Positions 28,499 through 37,802 are shown, counted from the first letter of the stretch. The stretch is 62,139 nucleotides of DNA from Actinomycetes bacterium (GCA_021790115.1 JAJYIM010000004.1:1-62139); one strand, 5' to 3'. Numbers and translations are program-made. The notes: generated from the sequence alone by a model not told the origin.

Positions 28499-29758
28499 AT
28501 GGGCTGGATTCTCATTTCATTAATCATCGGTTTCGCGTTGGGAACCGCCGCCACCTACTTTCTCCACGCGGGACGAGAGAAAAACGCACGCGAGATCGCC
28601 GGCGAGCTCCTGCGTGAAAACGAGACGCGGCGGCAGGCCGACATCAACGCCATTATTGAAAACGTCAAAGCCAGCTTTGGCGACATGTCGCTGGAGGCGC
28701 TCTCGAAGTCTTCGAACCAGCTTGTGGAGCTGGCCAAGGCAGAGCTGGGAGCAGTCAGCAAAATGAGCGCCGGCGAGCTGGGCGAGAAAAAAAACCTCAT
28801 TGACCAGCAGTTAAAAAACATGGTGGCGCAGCTCGAGAGCGTCTCAGGCATGGTCAGGGAACTGGAAAAAGACCGTGAACAAAAGTTTGGCGAGCTGGCC
28901 GGCCACCTGCGCACCGCCACCCAGCAGACGCAGGCGCTGACGCTGTCCACCAACTCGCTGCGCGAGGCGCTGGCCAGCACCAGGGCCCGGGGGCAGTGGG
29001 GCGAGCGCATGGCGGAGGACGTCCTCCGCATGGCCGGTTTTATAGAGAATATCAACTACCTGAAACAGAAACCATCCGCGGAGGGCGACCGTCCCGACTT
29101 CACCTTTCTCTTGCCCAAAGAGCTGAAGCTCAACATGGACGCCAAATTCCCGCTGGACAACTACATGCGGTTTCTGGAATCCGAGGCGGAGACCGACCGG
29201 GAAAGCTACCGCAAGGCATTCCTGCGTGACGTGAAGGCCAGAGTCAGAGAGGTTACAAACAGGTATTATATCAATCAAGCAGACAACACCGTCGATTATG
29301 TGCTGCTGTTCATTCCCAATGAGCAGATCTATTCGTTTATCCATGAGCAGGACAGCTCCATCCTCGACAACGGCCTTAGGCAACATGTCATTTTCTGCTC
29401 TCCTATCACCTTGTTTGCAGTGCTTGCTGTGATTCGGCAGGCAGTTGACAATTTCTCGCTGGAACAGACGTCCGATGAGATCCTGAAGCTGCTGGGATTG
29501 TTCCGGAAACAGTGGGGCGAGTTCGTCAAGCGGCTGGAGATGCTGGGCAAAAAACTGGAGGGAGCGCAGAAGGATTATGAGATGCTCACCACAACCCGGC
29601 AGCGGCAGCTGGAGCGGCCGCTTGATATGATAGACGACTTGCGGGCGCAGCGGGGGCTGCCGCTCGCCGAGGCCCAGCACGAGGCCGGGGACGCACTTGA
29701 GGTCCCGGAAGAGTCACTTTCGCAAGAGGCCGGCCGGGAAAACAGACAACTTGCTTAG
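28499..29758 (+). CDS. rmuC: RmuC-family DNA recombination protein
   Basis: N-terminal TM, coiled coil, RGQWGE, RPDF, MDAKFP, YVLLFIPNE, CSPITL; RBS gggagg before ATG 28499. Confidence 0.93.
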   Translation: MGWILISLIIGFALGTAATYFLHAGREKNAREIAGELLRENETRRQADINAIIENVKASFGDMSLEALSKSSNQLVELAKAELGAVSKMSAGELGEKKNLIDQQLKNMVAQLESVSGMVRELEKDREQKFGELAGHLRTATQQTQALTLSTNSLREALASTRARGQWGERMAEDVLRMAGFIENINYLKQKPSAEGDRPDFTFLLPKELKLNMDAKFPLDNYMRFLESEAETDRESYRKAFLRDVKARVREVTNRYYINQADNTVDYVLLFIPNEQIYSFIHEQDSSILDNGLRQHVIFCSPITLFAVLAVIRQAVDNFSLEQTSDEILKLLGLFRKQWGEFVKRLEMLGKKLEGAQKDYEMLTTTRQRQLERPLDMIDDLRAQRGLPLAEAQHEAGDALEVPEESLSQEAGRENRQLA

Positions 29759-29867
29759 AATCTATCGAAGGCTCTTGAAGCCACGCCCGGCACGGCAGCG
29801 GCGCCATGTTTTGATCTCTTTTTGGCGGGGTATCCAAGAACATGGCCACAAATGAAAGGAGCAAATA

Positions 29868-30254
29868 ATGACAGAACAAACAGCCACACTGGAGGAATGC
29901 GTAAACACAGAGATCAAGGGCGAGACCTGGGAGGTAGTCCATTACCTGGCCATGGCGCTTAAGGCCGACAATGAAGGCATGACCGAAGTGGCGCAGACTC
30001 TGCGCAATATCGCCATGGACGAGGCGGCGCACGGGTCCCGCTTCAAGTATCTGGCAGGCAATATTGGTGATCTCAAGGAAGAGATTGAAAAGATGCTGTC
30101 CGGTGAAGAGCAGGCCTACGAGGGGAAGCACGAGGGCGTAAAAACGGCTGAGGCTGCCGGCCAGAAACAGGTTGCCTCCACCCTGCACACCGCCGCTCAC
30201 GACGAGGCCAGGCACGCCTCGATGCTGCGCAACCTGCTGAAACGGTATTTCTAG
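29868..30254 (+). CDS. Ferritin-like (rubrerythrin-type) di-iron protein without a rubredoxin domain
   Basis: Two E...ExxH ligand sets (GETWE...DEAAH; GEEQA...DEARH); RBS aaaggag. Confidence 0.85.
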   Translation: MTEQTATLEECVNTEIKGETWEVVHYLAMALKADNEGMTEVAQTLRNIAMDEAAHGSRFKYLAGNIGDLKEEIEKMLSGEEQAYEGKHEGVKTAEAAGQKQVASTLHTAAHDEARHASMLRNLLKRYF

Positions 30255-30777
30255 CACTTAATTGCAAAAGTTAGAGCAATATAATAACCTGCCCCCAGGA
30301 AAGGCGCAATTTGGTTTTGTTAATCTTTACCTGGAGGTCAAGATGGCGAAAGCGACAGTAATTACTTTAGGGGAAGAAGAAAAGGCAATGCTTTTATCAT
30401 GGGCCCGCCGCGGCAAGACAGAGCGCCGCTTGGCAGAGCGGGCAAACGTTATTCTGGCGGCTGCGGCTGGCAAACCAACTAAAGAGATTGCCCATGATCT
30501 TGGCACACGGCCGGCACGGGTAAGCAAATGGCGGACCCGCTACGCCAGGGATGGGATTGAAGGGCTTAAAGATGCGCCCCGCCAGGGAGCTCCGGTCCGC
30601 TACGGACAACCAGCAGAGAAACGTATTTTAGCTCTGCTTGATCAGCCGCCCCCGTCAGGATTTTCAACCTGGAGCGGACCGCTGATTGCCAGAGAGCTTA
30701 AAGACGTAAGCAAACACCAGGTCTGGCGGGTCATGCGGCGCCACGGCTTAAGCCTTACGCGCCGGCGCAGTTGGTGT
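30254..30777 (+). mobile_element. IS630-family insertion sequence, left end and 5' transposase fragment
   Basis: MAKATVITLGEEEKAMLLSWARR...RANVIL...VSKWRTRYARDGIEGLKDAPRQG...WSGPLIAREL...VWR...RRRSWC is the IS630 HTH region; the element begins after the TA of the upstream stop codon (IS630 targets TA); no DDE domain. Confidence 0.8.
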
Positions 30778-31536
30778 GGCTTTTTAAAATGGGAGGAGCT
30801 GTCACAAACACAACGAGCTCGTATTCTTTCACAGTTGCAGGAATGCCCAGAAATAGGGAATTATCACATCATGGGTTTTCTGAGCGTTCTTTCGAAAGAA
30901 AATCCTGATGAGGTGGTAAAAGTCTTAGAACGCCGTGTGGAAATCGCCGAATCCAGAGAGTCAAATGATGGGTATAAACCGCTTCCATATAATTGGTATG
31001 AACAGAAATTAGGAGTTAGAGACAGTCGGGATTTCATTTTGATAGCAAGGGGCGTGCTCAAGTGGGTAGCAGGTAGGCCAGCTTCTTGGTATCGACGGCA
31101 AGCATTCCGATCGATCGTCGGTTATTACGATGAAAGCGTGATACAAGTTTTAAGTGAGTCGTTGCTTTCAGAATCGAGAGAACCTTTCGATGCAGTTGTG
31201 TCGGTACTGCGGGAAGCCCCGCGAACCTTCGCTTTGGAAAATGTTGAATTTGTACAGTACGCTCTTGATGCTGCACAACAATATGGGCCAGATCAATTAA
31301 AGAGCATGAGAGGTGCCCTATGGGAATCTGTCGCAACTGGGAGTAAAAGTGGTTCTGCTGGAGAGCCATTTATTGAAGATATTGAACAACGGGATAAATC
31401 AGCAGAAATCGCAAGGATGTTGCCTAACGGATCTACCGAACAGGAATTCTATTTGTCTCTCCACGAATCTGCTCAAGAATCTATTCGTTGGCATGCAGAA
31501 AGAGATGAGATAAGTGCCGATGGAAGAGGGTGGTAA
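30343..31536 (+). pseudogene. Chimeric ORF: IS630 transposase N-terminus fused in frame to the C-terminal fragment of an unrelated low-GC gene
   Basis: IS630 similarity ends at SWC (about 30777), where the composition shifts to AT-rich; the remaining ~250 aa have no transposase motifs. Confidence 0.7.
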
Positions 31537-31547
31537 ATTGAGGGAGC

Positions 31548-31715
31548 ATGTGGGACTTTATTGTAGAAAATAAAGAACTATTATTTGGAGGCATCGGTCT
31601 TTTTGCTTTCTCATTAATCGGTGGGATTATCAAATTGGCCTGGCATTACAAAAGGAAAGAAAAGGGGAACAGGCCACCGCAGCAAACGGCATCTGGTGGA
31701 TCGGTATATAGTTTT
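31548..31715 (+). pseudogene. Probable remnant of a small single-TM protein
   Basis: RBS gaggga; MWDFIVENKELLFGGIGLFAFSLIGGIIKLAW looks protein-like; beyond about 31720 the ORF is only the antisense of the XRE gene. Confidence 0.4.
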
Positions 31716-31723
31716 ATTCCCAA

Positions 31724-32098
31724 TCACTTCTTCTTCCTCATATCTTCCCTGGCTTTAAGAATATTCTCATATGATTTGATAAGCGACTGCTTTTCTGCAA
31801 CCGTCATGTTGGGTACTTCCTTAAACATCATTGTGAAGCCGGGGTCGGTGAGTCCGAGGCGTTCCAGTTCCGCATCGACTTTCAAATCCTCGATCTCTTC
31901 CCAAGTCAGACCCATGATGTCAGCCCAGGCTTTCAGCTTATCGTCAGAAGGCAGGAAACGGCCCCTCTCAGCGTCAGAGATGTAGCTGTTAGAGCCAACG
32001 CCAAGCCGATCGGCCAAGTCTTCCTGGCTGATGCCTTTTTCTAAGCGTATCTGCTTCATCTTCTTGCCGAAATGAATGGTTTTAAATTCTTCGTTCAT
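31724..32098 (-). CDS. XRE-family HTH transcriptional regulator
   Basis: FGKKMKQIRLEKGISQEDLADRLGV...YISDAERG. Confidence 0.88.
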   Translation of the reverse strand: MNEEFKTIHFGKKMKQIRLEKGISQEDLADRLGVGSNSYISDAERGRFLPSDDKLKAWADIMGLTWEEIEDLKVDAELERLGLTDPGFTMMFKEVPNMTVAEKQSLIKSYENILKAREDMRKKK

Positions 32099-32359
32099 CG
32101 CTTTTTAAACGATACATTAGCCTTAATTGCGAGTCAAGGGTTTTGTATATCCTGCCTTTTTATCCACAATAAGCGTTATTCTGTACACTTGAATTATCGT
32201 AGTTATACCGATATTACTAAGACATCTTCGGCTTATGCCCTTTATTTTTACCCTGGCATATCGAAGATATAGCGATATTTAATAGTTTTGGAAAGGCAAA
32301 AATGACAGGAAAGAATGGCAGAGAGATCGGCTCCGAGAAGGTCAAATACCAGCTGGATA

Positions 32360-33040
32360 GGGGATCAGCATCAGCCACGAGTGGATCTACCGCTTCATCT
32401 ACGCCGACAAAGCTACAGGCGGTGATCTCCACAAACATCTGCGCGGGCAGAAACGCTACCGCAAACGCTACGCTTCCGGCAAGGACCGCCGCGGCCAGCT
32501 TAAAGGAAGGGTTTCCATCGACGAGCGGCCGGCAGTGGTAGCGCGCCGGGACCGCCTGGGCGACTGGGAGGGCGACACCATCATCGGCGGAAACCGCAAG
32601 GGTGCGCTCGTCTCGCTGGTGGAGCGAAAATCGAGCTTCACCCTGATCGGCAAGCTTGCCAGGAAGACTGCGGCCGAGACACGTGACGCCGCCACCGGCC
32701 TGCTGGAACCGATCAAAGAACTGGTGCATACAATCACCCTGGACAACGGCAAGGAGTTCGCCCTGCACGAGGACGTCGCTAAAAGACTTGAGGCCGACAT
32801 CTATTTTGCCCATCCCTACTCCTCCTGGGAGCGAGGATCAAACGAGAACACCAACGGACTCATTCGCCAGTACTTCCCGAAGAAGCACGACTTTACCACC
32901 ATCACCGACGACGAGACCGCCGAGGCCATGCACCGGCTCAACCACCGCCCCAGGAAAAAGCTTGGATTCAAGACTCCTTATGAAGTAATCTTCAAGAGGT
33001 CAACCCTGTTAACTGTTGCACTTCAGAGTTGAATGCAGGA
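32360..33040 (+). mobile_element. IS30-family transposase, 5'-truncated, with right end
   Basis: ISHEWIYRFIY...SIDERPAVV...GDWEGDTIIG...SLVERKS...TLDNGKEF...HPYSSWERGSNENTNGLIRQYFPK...LNHRPRKKLGFKTP; terminal gttgcacttcagagttgaatgc resembles IS30 right ends; in-frame TAG upstream of the conserved part. Confidence 0.9.
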
Positions 33041-33147
33041 TAAATAAAAAACCTTGGAATTGAGAGGAATTTGAGCGCGTCGGCAGCCGCCCGGGAAAGG
33101 CGAAGTTTGCTTCCGTCAGCCGGACTTCTTAGCCGGGGCGCCGGCTC

Positions 33148-34326
33148 TCATGCGTTGTTGTGGGGGGTGGCCTGGCTGCCTGCCGGCTGGCTGCGCCTAA
33201 CGGCGTTATGAAACGCCGCGGCAATGTCGCCGGTTCTCTCGAAGTCCCGGATCTGCTGTTGGGCGCCGTTGCCATGCTTGAGGATGCCGGCAGCGCGGCG
33301 GATATACTTTTCCAGCCCCAGGCTCACCTGGGCGGCGGCGCTGTAATCAATCAAACGCTTGGCCGCGTCCGTAGCCGCTACTTCCCTTTTTGTCTTAAAA
33401 TCGACAAGCTTCCCATCCAGGCCATAACGAAGAGCACGCCACAAGTTTTCCTCGATCTCATGGGTTCCCAACACCGGCAGCAGGCGGCCGGCGTCATAAT
33501 CGGCCGCCAGCGCCGCCGCCAGTGCGACCGTCAGCGACGCTAGCGCCAGCGTATCTTCGACATCGCTCTGGCAGTCGCAAATACGAATTTCCAGCGTGCC
33601 CAGGAGCGGGTGCGGCCTGATACTCCACCAGATTTGCGTTGGCTCAGAGATGGAGTTTGTTGACATCAGCGTTTCCACCAGGCCGGCGTAGTGGTTCCAG
33701 TCTTTAAAAGGGCCCGGGATGCCGCAGCGCGGGAAAAACTTGGTAAACAGTTGCGTCCTGGTGGAGTGCAGGTATGTGTACCTGCCTTCGGAAAAAGGGG
33801 AGTTGGCCGACAGGGCCAGCAGGTGGGGCAGGAAGCCGCGCATGGCGTTAAGGACGGCGATCAGCCGCTCGCGGCCGCGCACACTCACGTGAGTGTGCAT
33901 GCCGAAGGTCAGGTTCCGCCAGGCGCAATAGCGGAGCCGTTCGTCGATCACCCGGTAGTGAGGCGTATCAATAATGCGTTGGTCCCGCCAGTCGGCAAAC
34001 GGATGCGTGCCCGTGGCGGCCAGCGTCACGCCCAGTTGCGTCGCCGAGTTAAAAAGGTCTTGCCGCTTTGCCTTGAGGTCGGCTTCGGCAGACGCCATCG
34101 AATGGCAAATATCAGTACAAACCTCAATTTCAGAGGCGATCAGCTCACCCCTGGCGAAATTGCCGATACGCCGATGTGCGATTTCCTGCAGCTGCTCGAA
34201 ACGGCTGGTAAGCGCCAGGCTGTCAGGATCCAGTATCTGGAATTCTTCCTCGACGCCGACAGTGAAATCATTCGCGTCATCAAAGCGGGCGGCGGCCTGC
34301 TGGGTGCTGTAGCGTTTCCAGACCAA
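33148..34326 (-). CDS. YbdK-family carboxylate-amine (glutamate-cysteine) ligase
   Basis: FTVGVEEEFQILD, ELIASEIEV, GTHPF, FGMHTHV, LALSANSPF, WWSIRPHP..GTLEIRICD. Confidence 0.92.
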   Translation of the reverse strand: MVWKRYSTQQAAARFDDANDFTVGVEEEFQILDPDSLALTSRFEQLQEIAHRRIGNFARGELIASEIEVCTDICHSMASAEADLKAKRQDLFNSATQLGVTLAATGTHPFADWRDQRIIDTPHYRVIDERLRYCAWRNLTFGMHTHVSVRGRERLIAVLNAMRGFLPHLLALSANSPFSEGRYTYLHSTRTQLFTKFFPRCGIPGPFKDWNHYAGLVETLMSTNSISEPTQIWWSIRPHPLLGTLEIRICDCQSDVEDTLALASLTVALAAALAADYDAGRLLPVLGTHEIEENLWRALRYGLDGKLVDFKTKREVAATDAAKRLIDYSAAAQVSLGLEKYIRRAAGILKHGNGAQQQIRDFERTGDIAAAFHNAVRRSQPAGSQATPHNNA

Positions 34327-34329
34327 ATC

Positions 34330-35649
34330 CTATTCCAGTTTTTCCTGCAGGTGCACCAGGTCTTCATAAGACTCCCGCTTTATAACTACCTGTGCATTGC
34401 CGTCCTTAACGAATATGACTGCGGGGCGCGGCTGACCATTATAATTATTTGCCATGGAATAGCCGTAGGCGCCGGTGGCCGCAGTGACGAGGATATCGCC
34501 CGGGACCGGACCGGGCAGGGACGCTTCGTTAACCAAGATGTCCCCCGACTCGCAATGCTTGCCGGCGATGGCGGCGGTGATGGTCGGCTCCGCCAACGGA
34601 CGGCCTGCGATCAGGGCTTGGTAGACGGCTCCGTAAAGCATCGGCCTCAGGTTATCAGACATGCCGCCATTGACAGCCACGAAATTGCGCAGGCCGGCAA
34701 CAGTCTTAACTGTTTCGACTTCATAGGCGGTGAGGCCGGCATTGGCCACAATGGACCGCCCCGGCTCAACAGCGATTCGCGGCGGCGGCAGCTCTACCCG
34801 CGCCATCTCCGCCTCTACGCTTGATACTATCGCTTCAGCCAGCCGGTCAACAGGCGGCGGATCGTCATCGGGACCGTAGACCGCCCCTAGGCCGCCCCCC
34901 AGGTCCAGCAGCCGGCAGTCGAAGCCATGTTTTTCCCTGGCGGCGGCGAGGAAATCAGCCAGCCGGGCGGCGGTTTGCCGGTAAGGCTCAAGCGAGAAAA
35001 TCTGGGAGCCGATATGCGCATGTATGCCAACCAGGTCCAGGCTGCCCGCCTTTTTTGCCGCCGCTACTGCATCCAGGGCAACTCCTTCGGCAAGGGCGAA
35101 GCCGAATTTTGAATCCAGCTTGCCTGTCTGAATAAAGTCGTGAGTGTGAGCTTCTATCCCGGGAGTGATCCTGAGCAGCACCTGCTGGCGCCGGCCCCGC
35201 CGGGCGGCGATGCGGTCAAGCTCCATCATCTCATCCATTGAGTCAATGACGATGTGCCCGACCTCGGAGCGCAGGGCCAACTCCAGCTCGCCGGCTGTAT
35301 TGGCGTTGCCGTGCAGGAAAATTTTTTCCGGAGGGAACCAGGCCGTGAGCGCCGTATAAAGTTCTCCTCCAGAAGCGGCGTCGAGCGACAGGCCCTCCGC
35401 AGCCATCAGTTGGCAGATCGCGATACAGGAAAAGGCCTTGCTGGCGTAAATAACTTCAAAGTTGCTGCTTCGTGTTGAGAACGCCTCCATGTACGCGCGG
35501 CATCTGTCCCTTATTTCTTGCTCGTCGTAAATAAACAGCGGGGTGCCAAATTCCGTGGCCAGTTCGACAACGTCGCAGCCGGCTACTTCCAGGCGGCCGG
35601 TTGCGTTGACTTTGCTTGATCGGGGAAGCGGTGGAATCAGGAGGCTCAT
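34330..35649 (-). CDS. lysA: Diaminopimelate decarboxylase
   Basis: FGTPLFIYDE, YASKAF, FLHGN, SKFG, GIHAHIGSQI, LDLGGG, EPGRS, GKHCESGD, GAYGYSMANNYN; start ATG 35649 or 35667, not 36282. Confidence 0.95.
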   Translation of the reverse strand: MSLLIPPLPRSSKVNATGRLEVAGCDVVELATEFGTPLFIYDEQEIRDRCRAYMEAFSTRSSNFEVIYASKAFSCIAICQLMAAEGLSLDAASGGELYTALTAWFPPEKIFLHGNANTAGELELALRSEVGHIVIDSMDEMMELDRIAARRGRRQQVLLRITPGIEAHTHDFIQTGKLDSKFGFALAEGVALDAVAAAKKAGSLDLVGIHAHIGSQIFSLEPYRQTAARLADFLAAAREKHGFDCRLLDLGGGLGAVYGPDDDPPPVDRLAEAIVSSVEAEMARVELPPPRIAVEPGRSIVANAGLTAYEVETVKTVAGLRNFVAVNGGMSDNLRPMLYGAVYQALIAGRPLAEPTITAAIAGKHCESGDILVNEASLPGPVPGDILVTAATGAYGYSMANNYNGQPRPAVIFVKDGNAQVVIKRESYEDLVHLQEKLE

Positions 35650-35739
35650 TGTCACCGAAACTAGCATAACGCAGCGGCGCCGGTCAAACAGAGAAAGGTG
35701 CTTGAGCGGCTTGTTCCCTCTCTGATATAGTTTTAATGG

Positions 35740-36120
35740 ATGCCAAAACCAAAGTTTAACTTTACGTCCTACCAAGGAGACTCCCCGCCTCAGTTTGCCA
35801 ACCGCAGCGAGGAGGAATGCGCTCGCATTCTTGACTACTACAGGATTCCCTGGATGTACGAGCCGCGCACATTTGTCCTTAAGCGCGACGGCAAGGGAAA
35901 TGTAGTCGAGGCCTTTACGCCGGATTTTTACCTGCCTGAGCAGGACCTGTTTGTGGAACTGACCACCATGAAGCAGGCGCACGTGACGAAAAAAAACATG
36001 AAAATCCGCAAGCTTAAGGAAAAGTTCCCGGAAATAAATATAAAATTGTTTTACAAGAAGGATTTTCTTAAGCTGGCGCAGAAATTTGACATTACTGCCG
36101 GAGATGAACACGGCAGTTAG
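35740..36120 (+). CDS. Small PD-(D/E)xK-like nuclease-fold protein
   Basis: SEEECARILD...W.YEP...FTPDFYLPEQDLFVELTT resembles the PD...E core, with Thr where Lys is expected. Confidence 0.7.
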   Translation: MPKPKFNFTSYQGDSPPQFANRSEEECARILDYYRIPWMYEPRTFVLKRDGKGNVVEAFTPDFYLPEQDLFVELTTMKQAHVTKKNMKIRKLKEKFPEINIKLFYKKDFLKLAQKFDITAGDEHGS

Positions 36121-36173
36121 GACGCCCGCTTCTGACAGCGCAAGTCCGGCGCCCCCGATGCTAACACTTAACT

Positions 36174-36734
36174 TTGGAATTATTGGCCGGGACATCCGAC
36201 ATCCGCGACTTAATCGGCGGCACATACCTTGATGAAGATGTGATCGCTGAGAGAGTGCGTCAGATCGGCCGCCAGATTTCATCAGATTACCAGGACCGCC
36301 GTCTGCTCCTGATATCCATTCTCAAGGGGGCGGTTTTTTTTCTTGCCGACCTCGCCCGCGAGATCACGGTGCCGGCATCACTTGACTTTATTGCTATTTC
36401 CAGCTACCGTCAGGACCGCCGCGCCGGCGAAGGGATGCATACCGTCCGTTTTCTCAAGGATCTGGATCAGGACATCGAAGGCAGGGATGTGCTCATCGTC
36501 GAGGACGTCATCGACACCGGCCTGACGCTAAACTACATAACGAGCAATTTGCGGCTGAGGCAGCCGGCCTCACTGGAGATTGCCACTCTGCTGGACCGCC
36601 CCTACCGGCGTCTGGTGGATTTGCCGGTGAAGTACCAGGGGTTTCAGGTGCCTGATGAGTTTTTTGTCGGCTACGGCTTTGACTACAAACAAATGCTGCG
36701 CAATCTGCCCCGCATTGTGCGGCTGCACGTATAG
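36174..36734 (+). CDS. hpt: Hypoxanthine phosphoribosyltransferase
   Basis: ILKGAVFF, ISSY, PRPP loop VLIVEDVIDTGLTL, FFVGYGFDY; start uncertain. Confidence 0.93.
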   Translation: MELLAGTSDIRDLIGGTYLDEDVIAERVRQIGRQISSDYQDRRLLLISILKGAVFFLADLAREITVPASLDFIAISSYRQDRRAGEGMHTVRFLKDLDQDIEGRDVLIVEDVIDTGLTLNYITSNLRLRQPASLEIATLLDRPYRRLVDLPVKYQGFQVPDEFFVGYGFDYKQMLRNLPRIVRLHV

Positions 36735-36752
36735 CGGCCGTCCCGTCCGGGT

Positions 36753-36880
36753 GGTAGGCACAGGCTTTTAGCGGTAGGCACGGGCTTTTAGCGGTAGGCA
36801 CGGGCTTTTAGCCTGTGCAGATGAGGGCCTGTGCGTAAAGGGAGCCTCCCAAAGGCAGGCTGGAAAGCCTGCCATCTACC
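36753..36880. repeat. GTAG-type REP cluster 1
   Basis: Three tandem 20-bp ggtaggcac(a/g)ggcttttagc units completed by ctgtgc, a conserved spacer, then inverted ggcaggctggaaagcctgccatctacc; between convergent genes. Confidence 0.88.
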
Positions 36881-36906
36881 AAGCCTGCAATTTGCCGATA
36901 AGCAAC

Positions 36907-37470
36907 TTATTTTAATATTGTACTTATCTGCTGCTCGAACAAGCCCTGTGTCATGGGGCCGACATAGAAAGAGACAATGTTTCCCTTTTTGCCAATAAAG
37001 AAGGTTGTCGGAATGCCATTATAGGGAACTTTCCCGGCCTGCTGATAGCCATTGAGAACGCTGCCGTCATTATCGAGGCCAATCGTATATGTAAGCCCGT
37101 ATTTTTTGGCAAACGCCCGCTGGTCGTCCGGGTTATCCTGGACGGCCATTCCCAAAAAGGTGACCCGGTTTTTGTATTTATTGTACATTTGTGCCAGTAA
37201 GGGTGCTTCCTGATTACACGGGCCACACCAGGAGGCGCCAAAATTTATCAGGATTGGCTTACCGTCGCTTTTGACGTCAGACAGGGAAACCGTGGGGCCC
37301 ATGATAGTCTGGACGTTAAAATCGGGCGCCGCGTTGGCTGCGGTAGTGGCAGTGCTGGTTACAGTTGATCCGGAGCCGGAGCCTGGGCTGGAAGAGCTGC
37401 ATCCGGCCGCCAGCAAGGCGCCAAAAAAAATCACCACGGACAGTGAAATTAATCGTGTGCGGAGGGTCAT
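36907..37470 (-). CDS. TlpA/ResA-like thioredoxin-fold lipoprotein
   Basis: Lipobox LAAGC, Ser/Thr/Ala linker, INFGASWCGPC, GIPTTFFI. Confidence 0.9.
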   Translation of the reverse strand: MTLRTRLISLSVVIFFGALLAAGCSSSSPGSGSGSTVTSTATTAANAAPDFNVQTIMGPTVSLSDVKSDGKPILINFGASWCGPCNQEAPLLAQMYNKYKNRVTFLGMAVQDNPDDQRAFAKKYGLTYTIGLDNDGSVLNGYQQAGKVPYNGIPTTFFIGKKGNIVSFYVGPMTQGLFEQQISTILK

Positions 37471-37487
37471 AAATTCTTTCTTGTTTC

Positions 37488-37505
37488 GTCCGGCGCCTGC
37501 CGGAC
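37488..37505 (-). promoter_or_regulatory. Putative bacterial SECIS hairpin
   Basis: Minus-strand GTCCGGC-AGGC-GCCGGAC (7-bp stem, G-containing loop) starts 11 nt after the in-frame UGA at 37519-37517. Confidence 0.7.
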
Positions 37506-37507
37506 CT

Positions 37508-37729
37508 TCACATTCCTCAACTGCCGCCGAAGCCGACAGTCACATTCCCATCTTCAACAATCACGGGCACAAATGCCGTGCCCGACTTGGCAATTGCCTC
37601 TTCCTTGACGGCCGGATCGGAAGTTACGTCATATTCGGTAAATTTAACTCCCTTGCGGGTGAAGTCTTCCTTGGCCGCCGCACAATAGGGGCATCCCGGT
37701 TTGGTATAAATGACGACTTCATCTGGCAT
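37508..37729 (-). CDS. Glutaredoxin-like protein with probable C-terminal selenocysteine (UXX-star type)
   Basis: CPYC redox motif; reads ...GFGGS-TGA-GGA-ATG-TGA (U-G-M-stop); RBS aaggagg; SECIS-like hairpin downstream. Confidence 0.82.
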
Positions 37730-37802
37730 CCGCGAACCTCCTTGTCTTAAGCCATAATTCTAGCACAGAGCGGGGCGGCCGGTTTTATGTTCGCCAGTCT
37801 TC

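Noticed and set aside
31716-31985. C-terminal part of the 31548-31985 ORF
   Set aside because: Overlaps the XRE gene on the opposite strand; antisense readthrough.
35650-36282. 211-aa N-terminal extension of lysA in the ORF track
   Set aside because: It is the antisense of the 35740-36120 gene and the hpt start; LysA similarity begins near 35649.
36753-36812. Three tandem 20-bp repeats as a CRISPR array
   Set aside because: No spacers between units, unit too short, no cas genes; the unit is a partial REP hairpin found at four other loci.
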